Positions 13,881 to 35,639 of a stretch of DNA of 64,000 nt are shown in pieces. This DNA comes from the human T2T-CHM13v2.0 reference genome, Homo sapiens. Location of the stretch: assembly GCF_009914755.1 (NCBI RefSeq), contig NC_060928.1; one strand, 5' to 3'. Each line of letters starts with the position of its first letter. The stretch's first letter is position 1. The notes beneath the pieces are model-generated. The model searched no databases, was not told where the DNA came from, and saw only the letters and a program-made list of their open reading frames with translations. The translations under genes and the position numbers were made by a program.

Positions 13881-15896
13881 TTACTGTCCACATTATTTTA
13901 TCACTTCTTGTCTTCTTTCTTTGAAACATTATTGCTCCTACTAGGGGCTGTCTCACTAACTCAAATTGTTACAATGGAGAAACACATGCTAGAATATGAC
14001 AAATATGCCTGTTCTCCCCTAGTCCTACATTCCCTCTCTCTCCCCTTCGTTTCAGTCCCCACCCCCATACAAGAAGGTTACTATATTAATAAGACAGAGC
14101 GATGCCAGCTGTTCTTCCTTCCATTGTCAACACTGAAACAAGGGCAGAACAAACAACAGATAGCAGCTGCAGTTATTGGCACAGAGAAAAAGAGAATGGG
14201 GTCAAAGATGCTCAGCAGAGAAGTGACATAGACAGCAAGAAAATCAGGCCAAGTAGCAGCAGTGTAGCCAACTGTGGCTGTGGTAAGAATGAACGTAGGC
14301 ACTGAAATGTGAGAGCATTTCCAGCTGACAACTTCTGATATCACAGAGACTCCACACACATGTTTAATTACTGCTCATTCTTGAAAATAAAATGTGGTCA
14401 AGCAAGACTTTGAGAATAGGATATAGAAAGGCTTTTCCTCCCGTATTATATAATGTTGATAAAATATATACATATTTACTAATATACATTTTACTAATAA
14501 AAATATATTTTGCTAATATATATAACTAATAAAATACATATTACATACATATATAATTTTTTTCTAACATTTCCTGAAAACTTATCTTTCCCACACTCTA
14601 CAAGATAGTCAGCAAAGAAAAATTATCAGATTTTTATAAAATTATAGATATTATGTTCTTGGAGAATCTTTTTCAAACTGGAGGATGAAATGTTTCATGT
14701 GAATTTGACATTGTAAAATAATACCTAGATACAAGAATAAACAGTCAAATAGTCGATTGCCATACTGCTAATAAAAGTATAAGTGATTCCGAAATTATTT
14801 GAAGTTTAAAATATTTTAACATTAAATATAAATAAAAAATATCTCATTTATTATATTTTCTAAAATAGTCCTATATCTAGAATATTGTGCTATTATTTTT
14901 GCCCATTTGAATAATTTTTATCCTCTAATACACTTGAGAAAATTTTAAAGCTAATAATCATCAAAGGAATAATAGCAATAATGATAACTAGAAGAAACAT
15001 TTATGGAGCCCTCATTATGTGCTAGACATTGCCAAGTATTTTATAACATTGGATCCACTAAAATTTCACTTTTATAAACGTCTCTAATAGAGTTAATTTC
15101 TATAATAGCTTAATATACAAAAGCAAAATAAAGCAAGCATGTGTTAAAAATGAGAGTAATCAAATAGGGTATAGTTAGATAATAATGTTCTATAAGTAAA
15201 TTGACAAGCAGAACATCTACTTCTTTTAAGTACTACACAAAATATTTTCAGGTTAGGCTCTGTAGCCAAAATTGTCTTTCTGGCCAAACCTGTACCAGTC
15301 TTATGTATATATAGGCAGGAAGGAAATGATGCTCTGTGAACCATAAAGGCATGAAAAATGGACAGCAGATTACCTTCTATCTATTATAATAAGTTCTTTC
15401 CAGTGCCAGTTTTGCTCCAATTTAATGCTTATAATTTAATAGGCCTAAGAGGCCTAAGGCATAATTTAGTCTTTATTTTGATATAATTATATACTATGAA
15501 AAATAAGATTTTGTGAATGCACTGGTTTTATTCCTGGAAGTTCACATAGGCTGGTAAGCCAAGTAACACTATCTTTTAGGAAATTCTATTATTATCCAAT
15601 ACACGGATAAAGGAAGATAATTGAAAACCCATATTAACTGAGTTCCAGCAGCATGGTGAAGTGAGTTTCCACAATACGTATTTCTCCTTAAGATTAAATA
15701 GTAAACTACAAGACAATTTGTCTTATAAACTTTGCTGGGAATTGGAATTTGAATTAAACCTCCCTTGGTAATAAATAAAATACTCAAATGCCTACTATAT
15801 GTAAAAAATAAAATCCAGCATAAAAATGCTTATTGTGGTATCTCCAGGATAAAAACTAAATAATTAATATGTAAAAAATAATTTTTACCTTTGAAG

Positions 15897-16477
15897 GGTA
15901 AACCAAAAATAAAATTCTAAGGTCCCCAACCATCTGAATGGACTTCCTCCTAAGCCAGGACTCTTAAAATTTAACCTGAGAGGCTGTTTCAGGCCATGAT
16001 GGGAAGTGGGGATGGAACATGCCTCATTATACCTCTCTGGCATTAATGTCAACACAGACTTTAAGTCTGGTAAGAAACATTTTACATCCTATTCTTTCTG
16101 AAGCTTGCTAGCTAAAAGCTTCATCTACATAGTAAAACTTTGGTCTCTACAACCTCTTATCACCACAAAGACAGTCCTTTCAAACTCAACCAACAACCAG
16201 AAAATATTTAAATTTACCTATATAGCCTGGAAGCCCACCCCGCCCACCACAACTTTGAATTGTCCTGCTTTTCTGGACCAAATCAATGTATTTCCTGAAT
16301 GTGTTTGATTGATGTCTCATGCCTCCCTAGAATGTAAAAAACCAAGCTATATCCTGACCACCCGGGGCACATCTTCTCATGACCTCCTGAGGGCTGTGTC
16401 ACAGCCATGGTCACTCATATTTAGATCAGAATAAATCTCTACAAATATTTTACAGAGTTTGACTCTTTTCATTGACA
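15897..16477 (+). mobile_element. MER4-group (MER4D/E-like) ERV1 solo LTR
   Basis: Begins (t/g)gtaaaccaaaaataaaattctaag and ends aataaatctct...tttgactcttttcattgaca. Flanks gaag/gaat resemble a 4-nt TSD. Confidence 0.85.
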
Positions 16478-16658
16478 GAATTTCTTCTGTCAAAGCTTGT
16501 ATGTCTTTTCTAATTTGGCTTTTTTTTCATGCATACACTTCAATGTCTTTCTTAATCAGATTCTACGTCACAATGCCTTCTTGTCTAGTATTGTAAATAT
16601 TTTTTATGATGATATATTACACAAAGTTAACCAAACCCACCATGTATTAATATTCGCT

Positions 16659-16987
<329 letters not shown>

Positions 16988-17699
16988 TTAAATCTCCAGC
17001 TATGGAAGTGTCACTACAACCATCAAAGATCAGCTCTATGTTCATTACCTCAATAGAGACTACTTGTTTCTGTGTCTGCAGTCTCATCGCGCTTTGCTTG
17101 TGTGCATATTAACAGCAATTATTTTATTCTACTATATATTATTGTTGCCCTTCATTTCTACCTGCACTCAACTTTCTTTCTGAAAGGACTTCAAGACTTT
17201 CTAAAAATAGAGAATTGATGTATTCAGTGTTGACCACATGCTAGCAACATGTTTCTTTGTTCCTCAAGAAACACTTAAAAGGTGAAAGCATGAATGAACA
17301 AACCCATTGTTCTCTGCAGAACTTTTATTATCCTAACAATAAAAGCTCTTGTCACCTTCTAAACTATGTAAATGTCTCTTTTCTAATGTACAATTAAGAA
17401 ATAGTTAAGTCAGAGGTAATACTCCGTTGGTGTTCACATACTTTGTAAGGTAACTAGCTTCACACACATTTGAATTACAGCAGTCAAATTATAGCCATTT
17501 CAAAGTGTATGCATGAAATTAAATCAGTTTGGTTCAATACAAATACTCAATTCAAATTAAAAAAAAATTTTTTTAAAAATATTCCATCCATGGGAGGTTC
17601 TTCCTAAACAGTTTCTGGATGTATGGGAATTCAATGCGACTCTAATGTGTGACATTGCTGGCTCTCAAGGCATAGGAAAAATTAACTCTAACAGATAAT

Positions 17700-18110
17700 G
17701 TCAACATGCTTTCCAAAGGGCAGTAAAACGAACACTACTGCTGGTAATGTATGACAATTCCTATTTTTTCATATCTCACCAAGTCTTGGTAATATGCAAC
17801 TTTTTGACTTTTGGTATTATAGTGGATGTGAAATAGCATTCTCTATTATTTTAGGTATTTCTCTACTATTTTAAGGTATGTTTTCTTTATAATTAATGAG
17901 AATAAGCATCTTTACATAATTCATACTGATACTTCATTTTTCCTTGTCTTTGAAATGCCTTCTTAAACCTATAGGCTAGTTTTGCGGGGGTTGACTTTAT
18001 TTATTTATGATAATGAGTTTCTGTCAATTATTTGCGCTGACAATAACTTTAGGCAAATTTTTAGGATTACAACTTCTTAATCTTAATCATACAGGGTCCT
18101 CTGTTGTTTT
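17700..18110 (-). mobile_element. Old L1ME-like fragment
   Basis: tttccaaag...catatctcaccaa...gatgtgaaatagcatt...aatgagaataagcatcttt. Confidence 0.5.
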
Positions 18111-18486
18111 ATTCTGCTTTGTGAAACATAACTCTGAAATTACATTTTGACATTAACATTAGTATAACTTGTATGATAATGGTTGAACTATGTATATTAT
18201 ACACACACAGAATCCTTACTTTATAGTAAGAAATTATATTTACAAACACAATTTGACCTATTAGGGCATATTTGAGATAAAAGTAGAAATATTTTATTCA
18301 TTAATAATCTGATTCTATTAAAATTTCACTATTGTAGAATGTTTCCAAAGGATGTATTATTCTTTACACCAGAGTTGAGTATTACCATATGTATTAAACA
18401 GACAGTACATCAATTTAGGGGAAAGATATACAAATGGGCATACCATTTTACTGCGTGAGATAGAAAAGTATCTTTTAATAAATTTC

Positions 18487-20107
<1,621 letters not shown>

Positions 20108-21513
20108 TTTTTAGAAATACAGCCAACTAATGTTAATTTATTGGAGCTAATTCTAAAGTAAGAATTATTGCAATATGGTAAGATTTCCAACTGCTTGTGA
20201 CAATAATTTAAAAATGGTGTATCTAGCCTTATAGTATATTTATTATATTTAGACCGTAAAATTCTATTATAATATATTTAGACATACTCTGATACTCTCA
20301 AACAGCTGGATTAATCATATTCCTTACTAAAATCATAGCAAGATGTGAATCAATCTGTTCTTAGCACTTAATGCAGCCTGTAGCTTAAAAGCTTCCTGTA
20401 GAAGCCTATGTTCACATCACTTTTTATTTAACTTCATATTGAGGATGAACCTTTATTACCTGGGAATTGACTTCCCTTGGGAATGAAAATGTGTCAAGTG
20501 CTTATGCTATGTACAAGACGTTTTCAAATAAATAATGTGTTACCTCTATCTAAATCCCTTCACATAATTTATATCTTCTCCTACTCCCTGTTGTGAGCAA
20601 CCACACAATCCCCTATGGTCCAGTTCTACTGTTCTTTACATTTAAATCCTCCCTGTATGTCACTCTATTAAATCTTAGTTATGAAAACCTATCTCTAATG
20701 TAACTGTAGAGTATATTATTTTGAAGCACATATTTTTTGTCATTCAATTTCTCACATGAGAAAACTTCCAGTGATATTTGTTGACAAAGTTAGACACTGT
20801 AAATCAAAGTTTCCCACTTCAAAGATTAGGGTAGAAGCAAAACACAAACTCCTTAGCCATATGATGCTTTGCATGGATTGTTCTCTCAATAGTATCATAT
20901 TTCTGGCAAATGTAGTGTAGGAAAAAATGTGATTGATACTACTATGAGCTCTCTATTATGTAGAAAATAGCTGGATGATTACTCCGAAGCTGTATCCAGA
21001 CAAAGTGAGTCTTTGTTGTGTTATTTACCCCCAAAGTTACAAATCTTTCCCCATTTTTATTGTTGTCTACATGGGATTCAATACCTCTCTTCTCTGCATC
21101 TTTCAAAAACAGAAGAAAAGCGCATTACAGAATAATTCTCAAATATATAATAGAAGTATAAATTGACTCAATGTAAAGGCGGACTAAAGTGTAGCTTCTG
21201 CTTTGATTGTGACAAAAGTGAACTCTAGAAAAAGATTTTGAAATTTATTTAAAGTATCTTAATATATACACTAAATAATAAAAGGTATACTCAATCAGTG
21301 GAGTCCATGTTTTAAATGTTAAGAGAGATAATATTTAATATTTGAATGCATAAAAATGGATGCCCCTACATACTCATATCTGCCTATAGCTATGCTATCA
21401 ATATTTGTATGCATTATTATAAAACTCTGATTTGTAGCAATTATTGGGTTTTCTAGGCTTTTGAGAAATAGATTTTTGTCAGTGTTTTTAGCAATAAGAA
21501 ATTATTTTTAGAG

Positions 21514-22005
<492 letters not shown>

Positions 22006-22210
22006 ACATTTTGCAAAATTTATACTCTTCAGTTACAACAATTTGCTTTTTCATTTAAAAATTGTATCCTATCACTACTGAAAACAATCCCTGAAATTAT
22101 TTTTTGTAGATTTATACAAGTCAATAATTTCTTAATATGTGCAAATAAGAAAAGTATATTTATTACTAATGGGTCTTTGATTGGTTCTTTTGGCATTTTT
22201 GAAAATATCT

Positions 22211-25863
<3,653 letters not shown>

Positions 25864-27689
25864 GAAAATATCTAGCATTCCAAAATACAAATGTGCCATG
25901 TATATCTAATATCAGTCTCTTTCCATGAAATTACTAGAAAAGAACCCAGATCCACAATCCTTAAGATGGGGGTTACAAAAGGCAGTAATTTTCACTACTA
26001 TGAAATCCACCCGATTTTGGTTTTCTTTTGTTATACAGAATTCTGGCATTTAACTATTAGGAGGCATCCCAAGGGAAACTATCTTCTATCAAGTAGACGT
26101 TATTACATTTTCTGTTTATACTTTTCCGTAGTTGCTAATATTCTACTCAGTTTACTTATTTAGTATTGTCCTGATTTTAATTACATGCATGATTATTTTT
26201 TAAATGGGCACTTTTACTTCAACAAGATTAAACCTTGTCGAAAATTTAATCCTGTTAAACCTTCTCCTAAAATTTTCCTAGAATTCACACACTAAAAGGT
26301 TGTATGATTTGTTGACTAAGGGAGCTTTGGCTAGGTGTTTTACTGTTGTAACTAGGGAAACATATTAAAAAGTACTTGACAAACATTAAAATAAATTAAG
26401 AATATAGAGTTGATATTAAAATCTGTTTCACAAACATCATCATAAGGACAAAGAAAACAAACATTTTTAATTACTTGTCACTTCAAATTAATTTTTAACA
26501 GAAAGTGAATTACAAGTTAGTATTGGCTGTACCACATAAAAGGAATAGAGCAAAGGAATTATGGTGGACCTTATGCAGGCCATTAAATCCAGCTTTTTTT
26601 CTCTTTTTTCAACCTAAAGACTTTCCTTCTTAAATATTTCTTTATAATGATGGTTGTCCTAACCAGACAAAATGAAGATAATGATATGCTAGTAGTTGGG
26701 ACCTGGGTAAGGTCCTTCTTTCTCAATGGATCCACTCATGTCAATATGCACTAAGTGACTTAAGAAGTAATAGGAAGACCCCTGGCTGGATCAATGCTTT
26801 AACCTTGTTCAAACACTGGATTCAGAAAAATGGGCCTGTCAAGTTAGAGGGTCCAATAATGTCAGACTCTTGCAAAACATATATTAATAACAGCGTAACA
26901 AGTAGGATTGAAGAGCAGAGAACAAGGGGAGTAGTCATTTCAAGCACATCCAGGCCCTATCCCAAAACAGCCACACTGTGGCACGTGTATACCAAGGGAA
27001 TAAAATGGCTGTTTGTTTGCTTGCAAAGAATGCACTTGATAAATGCTATAATAGTAGTTTGAGTTCCAAACAATTCGGCTATCATAAAAAGCAATCCATC
27101 CTCAGCATCCCCACCCTATCTCTACCCCTTTTGCCAAGTAATTAAACAAAATAAAAGAGAAGAAGACATTTGGGGTATAACTCCAGGAGACAATCAGACA
27201 ACATGAACCATGATGGCAAAGGATTTTTAGCACTAAACCAAGAACAGCAACAGTGTAGTTTTTGTGTCAGGGGCAGTGAGTGCCTTAGAGTGGCAGTTAC
27301 CACTGAACCTTCTGTAGAGAAGGATGCTGTACAGGTCTTAATCCAGTGACTGCAATGTAACTGACAGGAAAACAAATATAGTAATTTATTCTACCTAGAA
27401 GATACACATTGGATACATTTGGGGGCCTTGAATTCCCCACATTTAATTGAGGAGAGGGATTTTGCAAGAGATATAAATTCCTCCAAGAGCAAATGGGAAG
27501 ACAGGACCTGAAACACCATATGTACACTTGCAAAAAAATAAAATCTAGTGTTGTAATGAAAATTTCACAACTTTTTTTCATCTTTAAATCTGCTTTTAGT
27601 ATTTCAAGATTTCTATCCTTCCTACGTATAAAATCTATTTGTTATAATGCATTGTGCAATTCACAGTTTTCTGGTGCCTTTACTTTTTA

Positions 27690-27920
<231 letters not shown>

Positions 27921-28351
27921 CTACAATTTCAGTTTTGGAACAGTGCTTTCTGATTACACAGTCAAACAGTTCTCTTGGCTTGTCCTAATTAAACTGTTTC
28001 CCTTCCTACTTCCATACTTTGAAGGCATGCCAAATTATTCCAGAAGCATTCAAATGTTCATAAACTGTGCTGTCATTCTATAAGAGAGCCCAATACTCTA
28101 TATCAAATGCATAGTTTATGTTTTGTATCATTTTCTATATTCTACATTGTATATGAGGTATTTCATATTGATAAGTATAATTTCATTTATATATTTACTT
28201 ATAATATTCAGAACCTACATTCCCCTAAGATTTTTCAGAAATCTAATAATAGCAATATGATTAGTTTGCAGGTAAATGTATATGAAAGATGTTTTCATAG
28301 AGTAATTAATTGAGCTAAATCATGCAGGTATACTATTGCCATTCATCAAAC

Positions 28352-28661
<310 letters not shown>

Positions 28662-28693
28662 AGTTGAGTGTTTGTTATAGTCATTTGTTTAAG

Positions 28694-28817
28694 TTTCTCT
28701 TTCCTTTCTTTTCTTTTTCTTTGTTTTCCTTTTGTTTTCTTTCTGTGTGTATGTGTGTGTGTGCATGCCTGTGTGGGTACTGTGTGTGTGTTTGTGTACA
28801 TATTTGTGTCTGTGTGT
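28694..28817. repeat. T/C-rich tract followed by degenerate (TG)n
   Basis: Directly visible. Confidence 0.8.
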
Positions 28818-29122
28818 TCCATGTTGTTCAGTTACAAGAACCACACAAGCAGTAGAACGGGAAATGACTATCTGTGACAGGTAGAAGGCAACGTAATCAG
28901 TGTGGTTTGGGAAAACAAGGGTAGAAAGCCAATGAGAAAACAGCTTGATTGCCATCGCTAGGAGCCAGTAGCTCTCAAGGGATGTGAGATATGGACAGGT
29001 AGTGGATGTGGATGTTTGAGAGACATAATCATTTGAATAACTTGAAGTTGTTTCTTTATTTGCAAATGCTTACTACACACCCTCATTCCCCACATAATTC
29101 ACTGAGAATCACTACTCCAAAA

Positions 29123-29405
29123 AAGGGGTTGGCAGGTTTTCATTTTGTTGCAACAGGCCAGGTGTAAATAATTTAGGTTTTGTGGGCCACACAATTTCTG
29201 TGGCAACTACTCACCTCTGCCACAGCAGCATTAAAGCAGCCAGGCAATACGTTTTGAAAAATGAGTGCAACTGTATTCTAAATACAAACCAACAACAACA
29301 ACAACAAAAAAGAAAGCAAAAACAAAAACAAAAAAACCCACCTTTATTTAAAAAAACAGACAGCTATCTAGATATGGTCTGTGGGTCTTAGTTTATAGGA
29401 ACCTG
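29123..29405 (+). mobile_element. MER58A-like hAT-Charlie MITE
   Basis: ggggttggca...ttaggttttgtgggcca...caactactcacctctgcc...aaagcagcca...tagttt...cctg. Confidence 0.75.
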
Positions 29406-29749
29406 CTCTAAAGATAGGTAGTAAACAATGTATTTACATTTGCTTCACCTTCTTGTTTTATATAAGATACGGCCTCCTCCAAAATCATACCTTTTTTTTT
29501 TTTTTTCAGGATCCACACACTTAACAGCTTAAATTCTCTGGGTTTTGTTTTGAAATACCAAATAAATTTCTTCCTTCTTTAAATGCTGTCTCCCAATATT
29601 TTTACATGTTCTCCTAACCTATATGTCCCATTGTCTTTCCTTCTCTTCCTATGTAATCTAGCATTCTTAGATGTTACCACTTTATTGCCAGAACTACCAA
29701 TCCCTTTATCTATTTATCATCCTGACACATCTGCCTTCCTAACCTCTAG

Positions 29750-30720
29750 AACTAGAATAAGCTAACCCATCTCTGCATCTGGTGTCCCTGCACCTAGTTC
29801 TTTGAGTAAGTTATAAGACTATTGCATAAGCGAGTTTATAATTTTCAGATTCACAGTTTTCAATTCCTAGGACATTCAAAACTACTTGCTATTCATTTCA
29901 CTTGACCTTTCCAGTTAGGTACCTTTCATATCCACCTCTACTTTTACTTCAAATCTTTATATACTTTGTTTGATGTTTCCCATCATAATACTAACTTCAC
30001 TCTCAGCAAGTGATCTTGCTCTTTCAATCGTGAGGTAAATAGAAGTGATCAGAAAGCAACCTCAAAACTTTCTGTTCCTAGTTTCACCTTGATTTATTTC
30101 TCACAGGAAATTTTCTGTTTCTTTCCAAGGCAAATCTCCCCTTATTTCTTATTGATTTCTATGACTCTTCCTGCAGGCTTCATCCTTCTCATTTCTCCCT
30201 ACTGATACTTTCTCAGATTGATGAATTATCCAAGAAATATCTCCATCAGTTCTAAGCCTCCCCACCAGGAGCTACTATCTTCTATTTTTTTTTCCTTTCA
30301 GAATCTGGCCAAAAAAGATTTTTGTATTTCTTGTCTCCTTTTTGTTTCTAAACACACTGAAAACTGATTGTTACTGATACTGTTTTTCTAAATGTCGCAA
30401 GAACATGCTCATCACCTGAAGTAAACACTTATCAATGCCTTTTATTGAACTTTCTATGCATTTGCCATTGTTGACCTCTTTATTTTTAACTTTCTCTTCT
30501 TCCATATTATCACCTAGTCTCCTGTCTCTTGATGAATTTTAGTCTCTTACTGTTATTTTCTTCATTTGCCTGTTAATAAAATATTTGTGCTTTCTTGGGA
30601 TTTTACTCTCTCTAATTCACATATTATCCCAGCCATTGCCACAGATACTAAATTAGTGTCTGGACTTGGACTTCACACACAAACACTAAAGAAGCATCTC
30701 ATGAATGAGTAGATAATTAA
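29750..30720 (+). mobile_element. L2 relics
   Basis: Pyrimidine-rich degenerate L2 ORF and 3' motifs (catttgccattgttgacc, tctcagcaagtgatcttgct). Confidence 0.45.
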
Positions 30721-32087
30721 ACAGTTATTAAGCCACATGGAGTTTTATACCCCTATGTGTGTAGAATTATCTCTTCTCTCCTTTTATTTTTTGTCATATT
30801 CTCTTAAAACTTCAACTGTTTTTCCCTGTTGTAAAAATTTACAGTAATTTCTTTGCAAGCACCTTCTCTTTTCAAATGTTGAGTCTGGAGTGTAACAACT
30901 TCAAAAATTTGTTGTCATGTATATTCCTGAAAGCAAAATTTTGATATACTTTTATAATATGGTTTATTGCTATTAAATGGGCAAGAGACAAAGTCAGAAG
31001 CTATTTAGACTTTTATTCATTTAATTTCTGTTAATAAGTCTTCTCCTCTCAGATTATAGACCTCTTGAGGTAATCACTAGATATGTGTGCAAATGTGTCT
31101 GACCTACGTATGCACATTAGTGATTTCTAGGATTAAAGTTTTTAAAGTTTAAGGACACTTTCACAGACATGTCTCTATTGACTTGCAAGAATAAGTAGAA
31201 GTTTTAAAAAGTTTTATTTAAAAATGTATAATGATTATATATATCCACTATTAAAGTGGAATAATAATAGAACTCTATGTAATAAAGTGACAAAATATGT
31301 TCATGTTTAATAATATAAAGAAAATTAAAGTCATAAAATAAGAACTATAATGCCCATGAAGAAGATACTCCAGTAAAATGAGTGTTGTGTGTTACCCCTA
31401 ACAATGAAAAAAAGGTTTGTGGTTTATTTTTAATGCTAGTATAATTAATATATTATATGCAACTGCTTTTAGACTACTTAAATTATTTGACCTTACAAAT
31501 CTTGCCTGGTTTTGTTTATTTTCCACATATTTGGGATTATTATTATCTAATATACAGTAATTTATTCATGTCTACACATTAGAAGATTAGAATATGTACA
31601 ATATTTTATATATTAGAATGTAACACAAACTTTAAAAAATGTAAATGGAAAACATTTAGTAACTTTTTGATATTCTTCTCCCTTCATTTACAAAATATGC
31701 TAAAAAATCCACTAAAAATTCTGTATTGAAATCTTCTATAATATATATTCAAGGTATTATTTAAACACTTAAAAAGTAACTTCAGAAATGAATTTCTATA
31801 AAAGAATCTAATTATTCTGCTCAGCATAACTGCTATAATTCACAGGACAAGTATTTTAAAGATACATAATTTAATATTTTACTTATCACCAAAATAATGA
31901 CATAATTAATCATTATGACAAGACTATTATTAAAAACACTAAAATGTTAAAAGAATCTTTCCCATATAATTTCTTATATATGAGCATTTTTTTTCATATT
32001 TGTGACATTCTGTTGCCACCAACACTCATTTTTCTTTTATTTTCCAAAGAACGTTATAAATTTTAGTATAAATTTTCAACATGGTCA

Positions 32088-32318
<231 letters not shown>

Positions 32319-32494
32319 TCATATTTTCTATTTAATTTTCCAAAAGAAAAATTGCAATAAGATAAATAATAAATTATATATTTTAATGATGCTATACGTT
32401 TCTACAGATTGTAGTTTCCAAATAGCATTATCCACTGAAATGTACCAGTGTTACCTGTATAAAAACTATTCTGGGATTTTGCTAGGGAAAACAT

Positions 32495-34520
32495 AAGATG
32501 AGCCTGGAATATCTTGTTTCAGAAATTAAACAAGTCCTCAAAGAATGATGAGGCATACCAAAAGGATACAGAAACCAGTTAAAAGAGACTCCAATTTGCT
32601 AAATATGGGACAATTTGAGCACTGAAATAATTAGTAATTACAAAGGAGTATAAGGAATTAAATAAAATCATGAATTCAGTTATATAAATAAATAAATGAG
32701 TATATAATGGAAGGAAAATAAAATATTTTTATTATAGCCTGTTAGGAAATTAATAATTCTGTTTACAATAGTATCAAAAAATAAAATATTTAGGAATAAA
32801 GTTCACCAAAGACATGCAAAACTTTCATACTAAATACTATGAAACTTTGTTGAAAGAATTTAAAGAAGACCTAAATAAATCCGAAGACACCTTGTATTCC
32901 TGGATTGAAAGAATTGATTGGTAACATGGTACAAACTGGTAAAGGCTATTGGTAAGGTGATCATACTCCCAAGTTGACAAAGACAAGTAAAAGAAAAACA
33001 AAGGTACAGTGTAATCCTTATCAAAGTTCTAACTGCATTTTTTTCGAGAAATTAAAAAAACTTATCCTCAGATAAATGTGAAATTACAGGAGACCCCCAA
33101 GTGGTGAAAAAAAAAATCTTGAAAAAGTACAAAGCTGGAGGGCTCATACTTGCTGATTTCAAAACATGCAATGAAGTAATCAAAGCAGTGCAATCCTGAC
33201 ACAAAGATGGAATAGACTTGAGAGTGCAGAAATAAACATACATTGATGGTCATTTTTTTTCCCAATTATTCTGGGACAATTGGAAAACCACATGCAAGAA
33301 AATAAGCCTGAACTCCTACCCCATACCATAAGCAAAATTGAATTCAAAATAAATCAAAGACTTAAATGTAGGAGCTAAAACAATAAACTATCAGAAGAAA
33401 ACATTGAGTAAATGTTTCTGATCTAGAAATGGACAATTGTTTCTTCTAGATATGACCCCAAAGCACAAGCAACAACAAAAACAAAATAAATATGTTAGAT
33501 TTTGTAGTGCATCAAATGACACTATAAAAAAGTATAAACACAACCCACAAAATAGGAAAAGATATTTGAAAATTCTGATAGTATCCAGAATATATAGAGA
33601 ACTGTTACAAATCAGCAGCTAAAAAGCCAACAATGCAATTAAAATTTGAGACGAAAAAATTGAATAGTCATTTCTCTATTGAAGATGTATAAATGGCTAA
33701 TTAAGCATATGAAAAGATTAAAAAATTAAAAAAAATCAAAAAGAGGGAAATGCAAATCAAAACCACTACATGATACCACTTCACACCCTCTAGAATGGCT
33801 ATTTAAACAGATAAACAAAAATCAGAAAATAACATGTTGTTGATTGAGTATGTGGAGAACTGGAACTCTTGCACATTGCTGGTGGGAATATAAAATGATG
33901 CAGCCATGCAATATATGGAGGAAAATACTAATGCATTCTACAACATGAATATTGGAGGTATCTGACACAAACGTTTACATATTATATTAATCCATTTATA
34001 AAACGTTCACAATGGGCAAATCCATGGTGACAGAAAGCAGATTGGTTGTTGCTAGGGACTGAGGAAATGGAGGAATGAGAAATGACTGCTTAATGGATAT
34101 GAGGTTTATTTGGGGGTGACAATGTTCTAGGCTTAGATAGTGGTGATGGTTACACAACATTGTAAATATGTTATGAGCTACTGTGTGGTACATTTTGACA
34201 CAGTTAAATGGCATGTGGATTTTATCTGAATAAAAAAGAAAGGAAAGGCAAAGGAGGCTAATGAAACACTCTAGACTAAAAAAAGATGAGTTATAAGAAA
34301 TAAATAAAACATGCAAATCAAGATTGGGTCCTGGACTTAGAAAAATAAGTTATAAAGTATATTACTAAGAGAACTGACAAAATTTAAATATGGTCCCTGT
34401 ATTAGATATTGCGATACTACTAATGTTACCTTTCCTGATTTGATAATTGCACTTTGATTAGGTAAAATAATTTTCTTTATAAAAGTCACTCACTGAATTA
34501 ACTAGTGATGAATACAATCT
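32495..34520 (+). mobile_element. L1MB-like ORF2 and 3'UTR (about 32745-34240) nested within an L1MC/MD-like 3' region
   Basis: aaagctggagggctcatacttgctgatttcaaaac; gggaaatgcaaatcaaaacc; gcaaatccatggtgacagaaagcagattggttgttgc. Confidence 0.75.
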
Positions 34521-35639
34521 GAAACTTTTTTCAATTATATAATCATTGATATTAAAATGAGATGTCGTAAATACAACATTAGGCATAATTATAGAAAGAC
34601 TCAATTAAAAGTGAGATGTGGATTAATTGATAACTTTCTGTTTCTAGTAATGTTGAAAAAATGATAATGACTGATTCTGATTATCTTCCTGACTAGAATT
34701 TAAAATCTTGGAAAAGTTTACAGAAAGCATTTTCAGAAATCATAAGTAACTTAGGGATATAATGAGGAATGGCAGAATCAGTACAGAAGAAACTTTAAGG
34801 CTCATGGAAGTGAGCTACAACTGTTTCTCCCTCAAGAATAGTTCCCAAAGCAGGTGAAGATTCTGAAGTCAGAGTTGATTACTAATCAAAGGTATTTTAT
34901 TTCTGTCTCTCTCTCCCATGTATATACACATATGCATGTGTGTGCACACGTAATTTAAAAAATAATAAGACAACTTGAGAGGTTTTGTATTTTTCTTTTA
35001 GCCATTAATTAATTCAGTGTGTATTTCTTTAAGATCTGGCGCTGTTGCTACATTGAATCAAATATAGTGATTTATCTCTTCTACCTTACCAGACTCCAAA
35101 ACTTCTGGGAAGCCAGGATTATGTACTTATTTTTGGTTTACAAATACATGCCAATATCAGGGAATCAGCTGATTCTGGTAGGCAGCCTCAACTAAAGTAA
35201 ATGGGCTTAGTATTGTGGTCCCACAATAATTGTGGCTGGAGATTCTGGCATAGTAACTCTTTCTCTGTACTGGGTTACTAGTTGCATTCCATTTAAGTGG
35301 CCACAAAATGTCCAAAGATTCATTGCAGAATCTCTGGTACCCCCCAGTGCCTGACAGTCATAGATGGAATACCTCTCTTAAAGAACCTATTATCTTTATA
35401 ATTAAAATAATTTGGAAAATGGTTGATGAAATCAAATTTGCTGAATACAACAAAATATCTCAAGGCTTTCCTTAAGAAAATACAAACTTAACCAATAAAA
35501 ATAAAAACAACAGTCAAGTTTTAAAAAGCCACAAAATTCTGGTAACTGGAGTTATTCATCTAGGCTTCCTGTGTTTAAAGAGTTGATAGCTAAACATAAA
35601 AATTTAGGAAGCTATAAAACATAATGTTGTAATTAAAAT

